A DNA stretch of 64,000 bases from Streptomyces virus Wollford (taxonomy: Duplodnaviria; Heunggongvirae; Uroviricota; Caudoviricetes), in the IMG/VR virus record IMGVR_UViG_2974628344_000001, positions 60,329 through 124,328 of that record; one strand, written 5' to 3'. Of the stretch, positions 19,113-27,814 are shown piece after piece. Positions within the stretch are counted from its first letter, which is position 1. Every line of letters starts with the position of its first letter. Position numbers and translations under genes: made by a program. A model generated the notes under the pieces. The model was not told where the DNA came from and searched no databases. It saw nothing but the letters and a program-made list of their open reading frames with translations.

Positions 19113-19501
19113 ACGCTGTACTCATTGGCGTTCTGCTGCATTTTGTTGGTGACTATCTAATCCAGACAGATTGGATGGCCCAATTGAAGACAAAGAGGTG
19201 GGCTCCTGCAATTCTTCACGGAATTACTTATGGTGCTCCATTTCTTTTCGTCACGCAGTCATGGCTAGCTCTACTAGTCATCATCGGAACGCATATCGTA
19301 ATTGACCATTATCGCCTGGCTCGTCATGTAGTCTGGGCGAAAAACCAATTCGCTCCGCGCGAATTCAGATATTCTTGGGCCGAAGGCAGCAAGACGGGGT
19401 ACAGAGATGATGCACCTGTCTGGCTCACCACATGGCTCATGATCATCGCTGACAATACAATACATGTTGCTATCAACACTCTAGCCATCCTCTACCTATG
19501 A
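19109..19501 (+). CDS. integral membrane protein (3-4 TM)
   Basis: 130 aa, multiple hydrophobic helices. Confidence 0.45.
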   Translation: MNAVLIGVLLHFVGDYLIQTDWMAQLKTKRWAPAILHGITYGAPFLFVTQSWLALLVIIGTHIVIDHYRLARHVVWAKNQFAPREFRYSWAEGSKTGYRDDAPVWLTTWLMIIADNTIHVAINTLAILYL

Positions 19502-19504
19502 GGG

Positions 19505-19590
19505 TGGCTTTTGTCATGTCACGATCTTGTCACTGTCATGACACTCTGATGACATGTCACGGTTGTCATGACACTTTTGTCACGGCCTCT
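19505..19590 (+). promoter_or_regulatory. array of TGTCATGACA-type palindromes/half-sites (candidate operator or origin element)
   Basis: ttgtcatgtcac / ttgtcactgtcatgacac / tgatgacatgtcac / ttgtcatgacac / tgtcacgg within 80 bp. Confidence 0.5.
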
Positions 19591-19735
19591 GTTGTGTGTT
19601 GTAACAAATTAGAAAATGCGGCAGGCGTCAGGGTGCCACTGTCATTTCTTCAATTCGTCATGGCCGCGCGGCGGCCCGGCGGCGGGGTTACGTCTTTGCG
19701 GTTCTCCATATATCTAAGAGATGCAAGGAGAGGAG

Positions 19736-19764
19736 TTGACAGAACTACAGAGACCTGTTAAGGT
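19736..19764 (+). promoter_or_regulatory. sigma-A-like promoter TTGACA-N17-TAAGGT
   Basis: matches promoter family seen at least 12 times in window; followed by 85-bp AT-rich tract. Confidence 0.45.
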
Positions 19765-19849
19765 AAATTATACTGGGAAAAGATAAAAGAAGAAGATAAG
19801 TGAAATCGATTTGAAAATCGATACAAGATAATATATTAGGATAATATAT

Positions 19850-20128
19850 ATGAAACTGTTTGAGCTGCACAGAGATGTAGATGCATCAGGAGTCAGCGGT
19901 ACTGGCATCGTTGCTCAAGGTGTACAGTTTGACAACGGACAGTGTGCTATGTCATGGTTGTCTCAGTGGACCTCAGTCGCCTTGTATCCAGATATTGAAA
20001 CGCTGGAAGCGATTCATGGACACAACGGCAACACTCGTGTAGTATGGCTAGAAGAAGAACTGGACTTCCACACTCCCCTTGATCCAGATGTTCGGGCAAA
20101 GCTTGTGGAAAAATACTCTAAGGACTGA
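19850..20128 (+). CDS. hypothetical protein
   Basis: 92-aa ORF after AT-rich leader. Confidence 0.4.
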   Translation: MKLFELHRDVDASGVSGTGIVAQGVQFDNGQCAMSWLSQWTSVALYPDIETLEAIHGHNGNTRVVWLEEELDFHTPLDPDVRAKLVEKYSKD

Positions 20129-20294
20129 CATGTTCAATGGTTTTGGTGACTTCCTTGACACGATGAACAAGAGTATGGCACAGTGGGAAGCAGAGCAAGA
20201 GAAGATCCGAGAAGCATTTGCGGCCGGTGTAGAGGTTGAGTTCGAAGATGGTGAAGTACGAGAGTACGGACCGTTTGACAAGCCCTCTCCTTGA
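20129..20294 (+). CDS. hypothetical acidic protein
   Basis: internal Met of track ORF 20079..20294 (MFNGFGDFLDTMNKSMAQWEAEQEK...). Confidence 0.3.
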
Positions 20295-20425
20295 TGCTAA
20301 TGTAGTTTTAGGTGGTCAGCCATAAGGCGGTAACGTTGAATTGGCCCGCTGCCTATGAATGGTCGGCAAGCAGGTAAATGAGGAACACAGGAGCTTGAGC
20401 AACAACCCCTCTACCATTCAATCTT

Positions 20426-20502
20426 GGCCTATGGGACTGCTAGGTTGTGGTCACCGCCCTGTCAAGGCGGATATCAGGCGGGTTCGATTCCCGTATAGGT
20501 CG
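20426..20502 (+). tRNA. tRNA-Asp (GUC)
   Basis: acceptor ggcctat/ataggtc, anticodon stem ccgcc/ggcgg, loop cuGUCaa, T-arm gcgggTTCGATTcccgt. Confidence 0.65.
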
Positions 20503-20522
20503 CTCTTGTAATCAATCTAAGG

Positions 20523-20747
20523 ATGACTATGGCTAAGACATTCGAAGTGAATGGCACTTACAAGGTTGGCAAGGACGTTCGTCCGTTTTCCAATCTGTAT
20601 ATGGCGGATTCTGCTTCTGCTGCTGAGAAGTTTGCTAAGAAGGAGTTCGAGAAGGAATGCCATCACTATGGCGTGCCTCGTGGTACAAAGCTAAATGTCA
20701 CAAATTCTAGGCCGATCTCAGAAGCAGAGATCAAGCGTAGGAAGTAA
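20523..20747 (+). CDS. hypothetical protein
   Basis: 74-aa ORF between tRNAs. Confidence 0.4.
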   Translation: MTMAKTFEVNGTYKVGKDVRPFSNLYMADSASAAEKFAKKEFEKECHHYGVPRGTKLNVTNSRPISEAEIKRRK

Positions 20748-20767
20748 TAAATGCGCTTCGGCGCTAT

Positions 20768-20839
20768 CCCGGCGTGGTGAACTGGTTATCATGCTTGTCT
20801 GTCGAACAAGAGTAGAGGGTTCAATTCCCTTCGTCGGGG
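20768..20839 (+). tRNA. tRNA-Asp (GUC)-like second copy (G37)
   Basis: acceptor cccggcg/cgtcggg, D gtga/tcat, stem cttgt/acaag, loop cuGUCga, T-arm gagggTTCAATTccctt. Confidence 0.5.
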
Positions 20840-21060
20840 CTTTGAGGGTCGAATGATTATCGGTTATCTGTCTATGAAACAGACTGAAACACGGTTCGAA
20901 TCCGTGGATTGCTTTGGCGCTAGGTTTACGGTCGATATCAACAACTTATCCTCATACAACTTAATTCGGGCCGAAGAAGTTCGATTATCTTACACTGCAA
21001 ATATAAGATCGATCTTCACCAACTTGCCCGATCTTTTCATTTCTACGGAAGGATCAAAGG
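20840..21060 (+). ncRNA. candidate structured ncRNA (Y-RNA/YrlA-like?) upstream of Ro60 gene
   Basis: 220 nt with no convincing ORF; contains tRNA-like T-arm cacggTTCGAATccgtg (20888-20905) without full cloverleaf; track ORF 20853..21083 is low-complexity. Confidence 0.3.
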
Positions 21061-21396
21061 TTGGACACCGAAGCACGCATTGAACGCTTCAAGCAGCTAT
21101 GGCAGTCTGGCGATAGCTATTGGGCAGAAGACATTGTTGACGAGATCAATGAGTCTCTTGCTGATGATGAATTCAAGCTAAGGCATGTAGATCAAATTGA
21201 GGAAGATACTTCCCGGTGGATGGATCACATGCTTGACATTGTTGAGATTGACGAAGGTGTCTTTGTTGGAGTACGCTGGGACAGCGGTAAGACAGAGATG
21301 CAAGAGAATATGTACGAAGACGACAATGTCTATCTACTTGAACGTGTAGAACGAGTTGTTACCACTGTTGAGTGGAATGACGTAAAGACTGTCTAA
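21061..21396 (+). CDS. hypothetical acidic protein
   Basis: 111 aa, Asp/Glu-rich, directly upstream of Ro60 gene. Confidence 0.5.
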   Translation: MDTEARIERFKQLWQSGDSYWAEDIVDEINESLADDEFKLRHVDQIEEDTSRWMDHMLDIVEIDEGVFVGVRWDSGKTEMQENMYEDDNVYLLERVERVVTTVEWNDVKTV

Positions 21397-21431
21397 AATC
21401 AAATGCCCTACGAGGGCCGGAAAGGAAAGAA

Positions 21432-23060
21432 ATGTCCAACGCACTAACTAATGCCGCAAAGGCAACCAACAAGACTTCTCAGTCAATGAAGGCCAAGGAT
21501 GGACAGGTCAAGAACAACGCTGGTGGATTCGTCTTCCAGGTTTCTGATCAGTCACGCCTGGAGCGCTTCTTGATTCTAGGAACTGATGGAGGAACGTATT
21601 ACGTCTCTGAGGTTAACCATACTCAGTCAAACGTGAACTTCCTCAATGAGTTCATTGCTCGTGATGAGGCTAATGTGCTGAACACAATCGTTGATGTATC
21701 TGTCAATGGTCGTGCGTACAAGCAGTCTCCAGCCCTATTTGCTCTGGCTTCTGTCATTGTCAACGGCAAGGACAAGCAGGCAGTTAAGGCTGTATTCAAC
21801 AAGGTCGTAAGGACTGCTACTCATCTCTACGAGGTGGTTAACTATCTTAACGAGCTTGGTGGATGGGGTCGTGCAAAGCGTGAGATCGTAGCTGGTTGGT
21901 TCGATAAGGAAGCTGATAAGCTTGCTTATCAGGCAGTCAAGTATCGTTCCCGTACCTTTGGTGGAAACACCTGGACGCTACGAGACGTAATGCGAAAGGC
22001 TCACCCACAGAACGTCGACACGTCTGTTGCTGATTTCGTTCTAGGCAAGGAGCGCGATGCTACTGATAACCTTCGGGTTATTGAGGGCTTCAAGCTTATG
22101 CAGAAGGCGGAGTCTGTAGAGAGTGTTCATGCAGTTCTGCGGGATTACGAGATGCTTTCTTGGGAGACAATTCCAACGCAGTTCCTCACGGATGCTAGTG
22201 TTTGGAAGCGACTCTTCGCAAATGGTCAGCTTCGTGGTCAGGCTGCTGTTCGAAACATTACTCGCCTTGCGCGCATTGGTGCTTTCAAGGACATGCAGTT
22301 TGCTGCAAGCTTCGCCAGTCAGCTAACGAATGAGGAAATGATTCGTCAGTCTCGACTGCACCCAATTAACTTCCTCAACGCTGCTGTTGTTTATGCAGAA
22401 GGTCAGGTGGATCGAAAGAACATCTGGGGCGAACGTGTAAAGAACTGGGAGACTGAGGCCGTTATTGTCGATGCAATCGATGAGGCGTTCCACAAGTCAT
22501 TCAAGACCATTGAGCCAGCCGGTAAGAGGACGATGCTAGCCATCGACTGTTCCGGATCAATGAGTACACAGGCTATGGGTCTCGACCTAAGCTGTGCACA
22601 AGTTGCTGGTGCTATGGCGATGACCATTGCACGTACTGAGCCAGCTCACATCCTTCGTGGCTTTTCAAGCGCGGGATACAACTGGCGTGATAGCGGTATG
22701 GCCGAACTAAAGATTACTGGTCGCAGCTCTCTTGCTCAGGCAATGAGTGCAATGCGTGCGGTAAACTGGGGCGGTACAGACTGTTCACTGCCAATGACGT
22801 GGGCTCTTGAGAATGGTGTAGAAGTTGACACCTTCGTTGTTCTAACGGATAACGAAACATGGGCTGGAAAGATTCACCCATTCCAGGCTCTCAAGAACTA
22901 TCGTAAGAGCACAGGTATTGATGCACGACTTGCTGTTCTAGGAGTCGCTTCAACTCCATTCACTATTGCTGACCCAAGTGATAGTGGAATGATGGACTTC
23001 GTTGGCTTTGATAGCAACGCTCCACGTGTTCTAGCAGATTTTTCCGCCGGTCGAATCTGA
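21432..23060 (+). CDS. rsr: Ro60/Rsr orthologue (TROVE domain + C-terminal vWA)
   Basis: N-terminal NNAGGFVFQVSDQSRLERFLILGTDGGTYY TROVE signature; C-terminal LAIDCSGSM MIDAS (vWA); 542 aa. Confidence 0.85.
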   Translation: MSNALTNAAKATNKTSQSMKAKDGQVKNNAGGFVFQVSDQSRLERFLILGTDGGTYYVSEVNHTQSNVNFLNEFIARDEANVLNTIVDVSVNGRAYKQSPALFALASVIVNGKDKQAVKAVFNKVVRTATHLYEVVNYLNELGGWGRAKREIVAGWFDKEADKLAYQAVKYRSRTFGGNTWTLRDVMRKAHPQNVDTSVADFVLGKERDATDNLRVIEGFKLMQKAESVESVHAVLRDYEMLSWETIPTQFLTDASVWKRLFANGQLRGQAAVRNITRLARIGAFKDMQFAASFASQLTNEEMIRQSRLHPINFLNAAVVYAEGQVDRKNIWGERVKNWETEAVIVDAIDEAFHKSFKTIEPAGKRTMLAIDCSGSMSTQAMGLDLSCAQVAGAMAMTIARTEPAHILRGFSSAGYNWRDSGMAELKITGRSSLAQAMSAMRAVNWGGTDCSLPMTWALENGVEVDTFVVLTDNETWAGKIHPFQALKNYRKSTGIDARLAVLGVASTPFTIADPSDSGMMDFVGFDSNAPRVLADFSAGRI

Positions 23061-23061
23061 G

Positions 23062-23090
23062 CAAAGCCCCTCTTCGGAGGGGTTTTTTGC
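23062..23090 (+). terminator. Rho-independent terminator
   Basis: gcaaagcccctc ttcg gaggggtttttt. Confidence 0.75.
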
Positions 23091-23102
23091 TATACTTGAC
23101 AG

Positions 23103-23243
23103 ATGATTAGTAAAGAAGAACGAAAGCAATTGAAGCTAGCAAGATCAAAGGCAGAGCTAGTAAGAACTGTGACAAGCATCTTTCAGATGATTATTGCATC
23201 TGCCACTCTCATCATTCTGGTGTACGTAAACTTCATGCGTTGA
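23103..23243 (+). CDS. small membrane peptide
   Basis: 46-aa ORF not in track; hydrophobic C-terminal helix IIASATLIILVYV. Confidence 0.25.
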   Translation: MISKEERKQLKLARSKAELVRTVTSIFQMIIASATLIILVYVNFMR

Positions 23244-23268
23244 CAAGCTGAGCGAGATGCGATAGCTT
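23240..23268 (+). promoter_or_regulatory. promoter TTGACA-N17-TAGCTT
   Basis: member of recurrent promoter family. Confidence 0.35.
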
Positions 23269-23414
23269 AGAGACATGAACAGCAACGAGCCAGGTGTAAC
23301 GCTCTCAAGCCTATTGCGAATGATCTTCAAGAGATCTGTTAAAGTTCGCCCGGCGGTGATAGAGTCAACCTGTGGCCATTGTAAGACTAAATACAATATT
23401 AACGTAGGACATAT

Positions 23415-23681
23415 GTGTCCCTACATCAAAGACCTATACTCCAAATTGGGGGAGCGATGACAGAGCACAAGTACGAAACTCGAACCTACCGCTTTGAAGG
23501 AACACATAAGCTCGCAGACGAAGTTGCACATCTTGCAATTACAAATGACTGTCGAGTAAGCACACGTACTGCTTCTGGAATGCTTCGAAAGAAGAAGCAT
23601 CTCTTTGTAGTGTTTGGTGCCGTGGCTCGTCTTGAGCGTTTCGAAACGCAGATGGAAAAGGCGAAGGGACGGATTCAGTGA
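23415..23681 (+). CDS. hypothetical protein
   Basis: 88-aa ORF. Confidence 0.35.
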   Translation: MSLHQRPILQIGGAMTEHKYETRTYRFEGTHKLADEVAHLAITNDCRVSTRTASGMLRKKKHLFVVFGAVARLERFETQMEKAKGRIQ

Positions 23682-24022
23682 CATTCGAGAAGAAGTTCAA
23701 GCAGGCATTCAAGGACACTCGTAAGGCTGGCATTGTTGCTAAGATGCAGGTCTGGGAATGCTGCCGAGGATGCATTGGTAAGGAAAAGCTTGGGATGACC
23801 TCTGACAATGATCCATATGTTTACACGTATGCTGGTCAGGGATCAAGGGTCAAGTTCGATGGTGATTCCGTAATGTACGCTGACAATGGTCATTCTGTTT
23901 CTCACATCTATGTTTACCACGGAAATGGCGGCGGCGAAAAGTTCACAGAGGTTGCCAAGTCCCTCGGTCTTGATGTAGAGTGGGACGGAGACAAGTGGTC
24001 AGCAATCGTAGTGAAGGTGTGA
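23678..24022 (+). CDS. hypothetical protein
   Basis: 114-aa ORF, start overlaps upstream stop. Confidence 0.45.
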   Translation: MTFEKKFKQAFKDTRKAGIVAKMQVWECCRGCIGKEKLGMTSDNDPYVYTYAGQGSRVKFDGDSVMYADNGHSVSHIYVYHGNGGGEKFTEVAKSLGLDVEWDGDKWSAIVVKV

Positions 24023-24023
24023 G

Positions 24024-24341
24024 ATGAAGCTCTGTCCCATCTGTGACAATGAGAAGCCTCTCAATGAATTTGGCAGGCAGGTCACTAATCCTGCTAAGTT
24101 CTACAAGTGGTGTCGCGACTGTCGTCTGACACTGATTCGTAAGAAGAAGAACAATTACGATGAAGGTCGACAGCTTCGGTCAAAGACTGTTCAGCTAAGA
24201 AAGCTGACTGACGCTCAAGTTGCAGAGGTCAAGCTTCTTGCCGAATGGAAGACTCCATATACTGAGATTGCTCAGCAGTACGGTGTATCTGCAACTACAA
24301 TTTCAAGGGTCGTAAACAGAGGTTATGCAAACGTTTACTGA
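24024..24341 (+). CDS. zinc-ribbon + helix-turn-helix DNA-binding protein
   Basis: N-terminal CPICDN...CRDC; C-terminal IAQQYGVSATTISRVVNRG HTH. Confidence 0.45.
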   Translation: MKLCPICDNEKPLNEFGRQVTNPAKFYKWCRDCRLTLIRKKKNNYDEGRQLRSKTVQLRKLTDAQVAEVKLLAEWKTPYTEIAQQYGVSATTISRVVNRGYANVY

Positions 24342-24567
24342 CATGACTGGTCGTCCGCTTAATGTGGGCGATCGTGTCATTTTTGCCAGGCCACAAGGTG
24401 GCAACTCAAAGGGTGGCATGCTAGACTCTGGAACGATAACCAAGATCAGCAAGGACTCTGGGGTGATCTCCATCCGTGTTGACAACGGTCCCAAGTCTAG
24501 GTATGGTAGAAGGACAGTTGCCACTCCGTGGCACGAAAGAAAGTTCTATAAGCTGGAGGACCAATGA
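24325..24567 (+). CDS. KOW-like small protein (paralogue family)
   Basis: VGDRVIFARPQGGNSKGGMLDSGTITKI motif. Confidence 0.4.
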   Translation: MQTFTDMTGRPLNVGDRVIFARPQGGNSKGGMLDSGTITKISKDSGVISIRVDNGPKSRYGRRTVATPWHERKFYKLEDQ

Positions 24568-24675
24568 TAAGGATCTCAGAAGCATACTTTGACGATGCAA
24601 GCGGCCTGGTGCTAGTAAAGACCAAGAGTGGTTCCTATGCAACGTATGTTTCAACAGATACAGTAGAAGAAGAAC

Positions 24676-25152
24676 TTGAGCGTTACAGAATTCGTAGCGA
24701 CATTTCTACGGTTGTTGCCTCCTCTCTTAAGCGTCTCATTGGATTCCTTGGGAGGCAGAGTGTCTAATAGCTGGTTTCATGCCGTAAGCAGCTCTCGTAA
24801 GTGGGGCGGAAAGCCAGAAGACTACCTAGCTATCCATGAATGGATTGATGGATCAAAGGCTCATTTTGGTGATGCTCGTCACCGGGCCTTGCGTCATCAC
24901 ACAGAAGGATGCTGGGAGGCTGAGAGGGTCTTCGGACCGACTCTCACGGTAATGAAGAAAAACGGCATGGGTTCCCATCAGGTTCCTGTTAGAGAAATTG
25001 CAGAGCAGCACGTTTTCGAGGATCTAGGGCGCATCCCTAGCCTTGCTGACTGGCTAGAATGCATGACTCTCAAGACTTGGATGGGTGGCAAGATCAAGAA
25101 GTTTCTAGGACGCGAGGACGTTCTAAACAACGTTGTTAAGGATGCTAAGTGA
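24676..25152 (+). CDS. hypothetical protein
   Basis: 158-aa ORF; true start uncertain (overlaps 24564..24767). Confidence 0.35.
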   Translation: MSVTEFVATFLRLLPPLLSVSLDSLGGRVSNSWFHAVSSSRKWGGKPEDYLAIHEWIDGSKAHFGDARHRALRHHTEGCWEAERVFGPTLTVMKKNGMGSHQVPVREIAEQHVFEDLGRIPSLADWLECMTLKTWMGGKIKKFLGREDVLNNVVKDAK

Positions 25153-25694
25153 GCGAAGTAGAAGAAGTAACGGGACGCCCTATTACGGGTGATCGTCAGT
25201 ATGCCTCAAGCCATATGGTTGAACAGCGCGATCCGCGTGAGTTTGTTGAGGCAATGGATGCAGTACTTGCGCATCCTAATGTAGTTGCTGTAAAGTGGAC
25301 TCAGTACACACCGGGCTTTAATGACGGAGAGCCATGCACCTTTGATGGTCATTCTCCAGAGGTTAAGCTTGTCGGTTTTCCGAATCCAGATGGAAGTGTT
25401 GAGCTGGAGTCTGGCGATTATCTAGATGATTCAGAGGATGGCACATGGCTATCTGAGTATGATCTCTATGATTATCGAAACGAGGCCGGTGAGAGAGATT
25501 ACCGCAATGGTAAGCGAGTCTATGAAGTAGGTGGACTCAACACCAAGGAAGTCTCCGAACTGCTAGGAAACTTCGAGGCTGTTGTAACAAGTGGTGCACA
25601 TGACGTATGGATGAATACCAACTTTGGTGATCCTGCGGAAGTTGTTGCCACGACCGAGGGCTTTGAAGTAGAATACTACGAGTGCGGCTACTGA
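25149..25694 (+). CDS. hypothetical acidic protein
   Basis: 181-aa ORF, overlapping stop/start. Confidence 0.45.
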   Translation: MSEVEEVTGRPITGDRQYASSHMVEQRDPREFVEAMDAVLAHPNVVAVKWTQYTPGFNDGEPCTFDGHSPEVKLVGFPNPDGSVELESGDYLDDSEDGTWLSEYDLYDYRNEAGERDYRNGKRVYEVGGLNTKEVSELLGNFEAVVTSGAHDVWMNTNFGDPAEVVATTEGFEVEYYECGY

Positions 25695-25888
25695 GGAGTT
25701 ACATGCCTGTTGACAAGGTAGATGCTGAGCGCATCCTAGACGTTCTGACCAGTCATGTTGACGGAGACTGGAACGATGGACTAGAGTGTTACGTATCAGC
25801 AAGTCACGATGGTGAAACGCTGAAGGTCACTGTTACTGACGACGATGAGAAGAAGAAGGTTTTCTATCTCACCGTTGAAAGTGACTGA
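25682..25888 (+). CDS. hypothetical protein
   Basis: 68-aa ORF. Confidence 0.35.
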   Translation: MRLLRSYMPVDKVDAERILDVLTSHVDGDWNDGLECYVSASHDGETLKVTVTDDDEKKKVFYLTVESD

Positions 25889-25929
25889 TCGTTAGAATCT
25901 CTATTGTAGTACAATAGACACCGAAGGAG

Positions 25930-26250
25930 GTGTTACTATTGGCTTACATTGAGATTAACAGCTTCCACTTCGATACTGAAACTGGAAACATCATTGTACA
26001 GTTCTCCAGACCAGTCAATGTCTCATATGATGTTGAAGAGATGTCTGGAGAAGCATATGAAGTTCTAGAGGGAGAGCTGTTTCTTGACGCAAACAGTCAG
26101 GTCATTGGAAATTGGTGGCCCGCGTCCCTTGACGGTGAGATTGAACAAGGACAGTCAGGAAGACAGCAAGGTCAGACAAGAGATGTAGTTCCTGAGACTC
26201 CATTGCAGGATGTTCCAACATCTGATGAAGTTCCTCAGCCTGAACTATGA
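25930..26250 (+). CDS. hypothetical protein
   Basis: 106-aa ORF with Gln-rich C-terminus. Confidence 0.4.
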   Translation: MLLLAYIEINSFHFDTETGNIIVQFSRPVNVSYDVEEMSGEAYEVLEGELFLDANSQVIGNWWPASLDGEIEQGQSGRQQGQTRDVVPETPLQDVPTSDEVPQPEL

Positions 26251-26252
26251 GC

Positions 26253-26281
26253 TTGACACAGTAGCCTACTCACTGTAGACT
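26253..26281 (+). promoter_or_regulatory. promoter TTGACA-N17-TAGACT
   Basis: recurrent promoter family; precedes tRNA-Glu. Confidence 0.4.
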
Positions 26282-26325
26282 GGTTACACAGCGCAGGACG
26301 GAGCGCAGCAACTTAATCCGTTCAT

Positions 26326-26396
26326 GCCCCTATAGTCTAAGGGTAGGATACAAGATTCTCAATCTTGTGGTCGGAGTTCAACTCTCCGTAGGGGTA
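26326..26396 (+). tRNA. tRNA-Glu (CUC)
   Basis: acceptor gccccta/taggggt, stem caaga/tcttg, loop uuCUCaa, T-arm cggagTTCAACTctccg. Confidence 0.75.
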
Positions 26397-26397
26397 C

Positions 26398-26649
26398 GTG
26401 CCAGCAAAGATACCAACCCAAATAGAAGCAAGAATAGTAGTGGCCATTTTAGCAGGAGTAATTGGTGCACTACTCTCAAGCTTTCTCATGATGGGATGTA
26501 TCGCTGAGACAAATGAAACAAGCAAAATGAAGTCCTGCGTCTCAAAAGGTTACGAATGGGTAAACGCGCCCGGCGGGCCAGAATGCAGAAAGCCTCACCT
26601 TGACACCATAGTACAACCAAGCTATAGTAGTACCAGTAAGCCAGAGTAA
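26398..26649 (+). CDS. small secreted/membrane protein
   Basis: 83 aa, N-terminal hydrophobic helix then Cys. Confidence 0.4.
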   Translation: MPAKIPTQIEARIVVAILAGVIGALLSSFLMMGCIAETNETSKMKSCVSKGYEWVNAPGGPECRKPHLDTIVQPSYSSTSKPE

Positions 26650-26673
26650 GTCCTCACGAAGTCACATCAGAAG

Positions 26674-26931
26674 TTGACAAGAGGAGGCACGATGGATTAC
26701 GATGAGTACATGAAGCGGTACGAAGGCTTCAAGCAGTGCGAGCGATGTGGGAAGTATGACATGCCGCCTACGAGATGGCCTAACAAGTACAGCTACAGAA
26801 TGGATTACAGCATGGTCTGTGATGGAATTCCTACATGGGGTCCTGATCCATTCGCAGAAGAGATTCATGGCGATCACTCTGATTACTTCATGTGTGATGG
26901 TGAGCGTTATGAATCTGGTCAGGATATCTGA
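26674..26931 (+). CDS. Cys-rich hypothetical protein
   Basis: 85-aa ORF CERCGKYD...C..C. Confidence 0.4.
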   Translation: MTRGGTMDYDEYMKRYEGFKQCERCGKYDMPPTRWPNKYSYRMDYSMVCDGIPTWGPDPFAEEIHGDHSDYFMCDGERYESGQDI

Positions 26932-26947
26932 CAGCCCGTAAGGGCAA

Positions 26948-27019
26948 AGCCCCCATCGTCTAGTGGCTAGGATCTGAGACTTTCAATCTCAAGGGGAGGG
27001 TTCAATTCCCTCTGGGGGT
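26948..27019 (+). tRNA. tRNA-Glu (UUC)
   Basis: acceptor gccccca/tgggggt, stem tgaga/tctca, loop cuUUCaa, T-arm gagggTTCAATTccctc. Confidence 0.8.
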
Positions 27020-27088
27020 ACGTGGGCCGTGACGCAACAAACTCTTTAAGAGAAAATCCTATGGCGTACGCATAGGAACACGGCTTAT

Positions 27089-27161
27089 GCGGGTGTCGTC
27101 TAGCGGCAAAGGCTCCTGCCTTACAAGCAGGTAATCGGAGGTTCGAGTCCTCTCACCCGTA
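27089..27161 (+). tRNA. tRNA-Val (UAC)
   Basis: acceptor gcgggtg/cacccgt, stem cctgc/gcagg, loop cuUACaa, T-arm ggaggTTCGAGTcctct. Confidence 0.8.
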
Positions 27162-27162
27162 C

Positions 27163-27327
27163 GTGAGATATAAAAAGGGAACACGAATTCAATTCGTTGA
27201 AGGTGGCCTAAGAGGTAAAAAGGGCAGGGTTGTTCGATGGGATAGCCCCGGTGTTCATAGAGTTGTTTTAGATGAACTTCCAGATAAGGAATTCATCGCT
27301 CAAACTCACAGATTCATGAAGATTTAG
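27163..27327 (+). CDS. KOW-like small protein (GTG start)
   Basis: 54 aa not in track; GTRIQFVEGGLRGKKGRVVRWD motif. Confidence 0.35.
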   Translation: MRYKKGTRIQFVEGGLRGKKGRVVRWDSPGVHRVVLDELPDKEFIAQTHRFMKI

Positions 27328-27419
27328 TAATAAACGCAATAAACAAAGTTCCTGTTCAAGAGTAAACTTCGTAGGAGCCTGGCAAAAGCCATAAGGTGAC
27401 CGCAAGAGGTTTATTCTTT

Positions 27420-27497
27420 GGGTCTGACAGGTGTGACGTTACTGAAAGCCGACAATGGACCGGTAACGGATAGTGGGTTCGACTCCCACCAGATCCA
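27420..27497 (+). tRNA. tRNA-like element, 78 nt, anticodon arm ambiguous
   Basis: acceptor gggtctg/cagatcc, T-arm gtgggTTCGACTcccac; interior does not fold into a clean D/anticodon pair by eye. Confidence 0.35.
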
Positions 27498-27606
27498 CGC
27501 TGGAGAATTGAAAGTCTTGAAAAGTTGGTCACTCAGTAGAGATTGTTTCACATGCAGGTCTAACCAGCCTCCATGCCGGGCTCAAATCCGGATTCTTCGT
27601 TAACTT

Positions 27607-27681
27607 GCTCCCATAGCCCAACTGGCAGGAGGCACAAGGCTTAGACCCTTGGTAGTGTCGGTTCGAATCCGACTGGGAGTA
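27607..27681 (+). tRNA. tRNA-Leu (UAG), short variable arm
   Basis: acceptor gctccca/tgggagt, stem caagg/ccttg, loop cuUAGac, T-arm gtcggTTCGAATccgac. Confidence 0.6.
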
Positions 27682-27686
27682 CGCAA

Positions 27687-27761
27687 GCCCGCGTAGGCAA
27701 ATTTGGCAAAGCCGTCGGATTTAGGCTCCGGAATTTGCGAGTTCGAGTCTCGCCGTGGGTA
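27687..27761 (+). tRNA. tRNA with UAG anticodon (second copy, G37)
   Basis: acceptor gcccgcg/cgtgggt, stem tcgga/tccgg, loop uuUAGgc, T-arm gcgagTTCGAGTctcgc. Confidence 0.5.
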
Positions 27762-27762
27762 C

Positions 27763-27812
27763 TTTGAGAATACTCGCGATATTCTCAAATGCATATCAGG
27801 TCGCTCCTGATA
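27763..27812 (+). promoter_or_regulatory. two tandem perfect hairpins between tRNAs
   Basis: tttgagaata ctcgcg atattctcaaa then atatcagg tcgctc ctgatat. Confidence 0.4.
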
Positions 27813-27814
27813 TG

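Noticed and set aside
19498-19761. 87-aa ORF rich in Cys/His over the palindrome array
   Set aside because: The Cys/His codons are produced by the TGTCATGACA repeats themselves (tgt, cat, cac). It is more likely a DNA-binding-site cluster than a gene.
20853-21083. 76-aa ORF upstream of Ro60
   Set aside because: It overlaps a tRNA-like T-arm and is low-complexity with no RBS. It is kept as a candidate ncRNA region instead.
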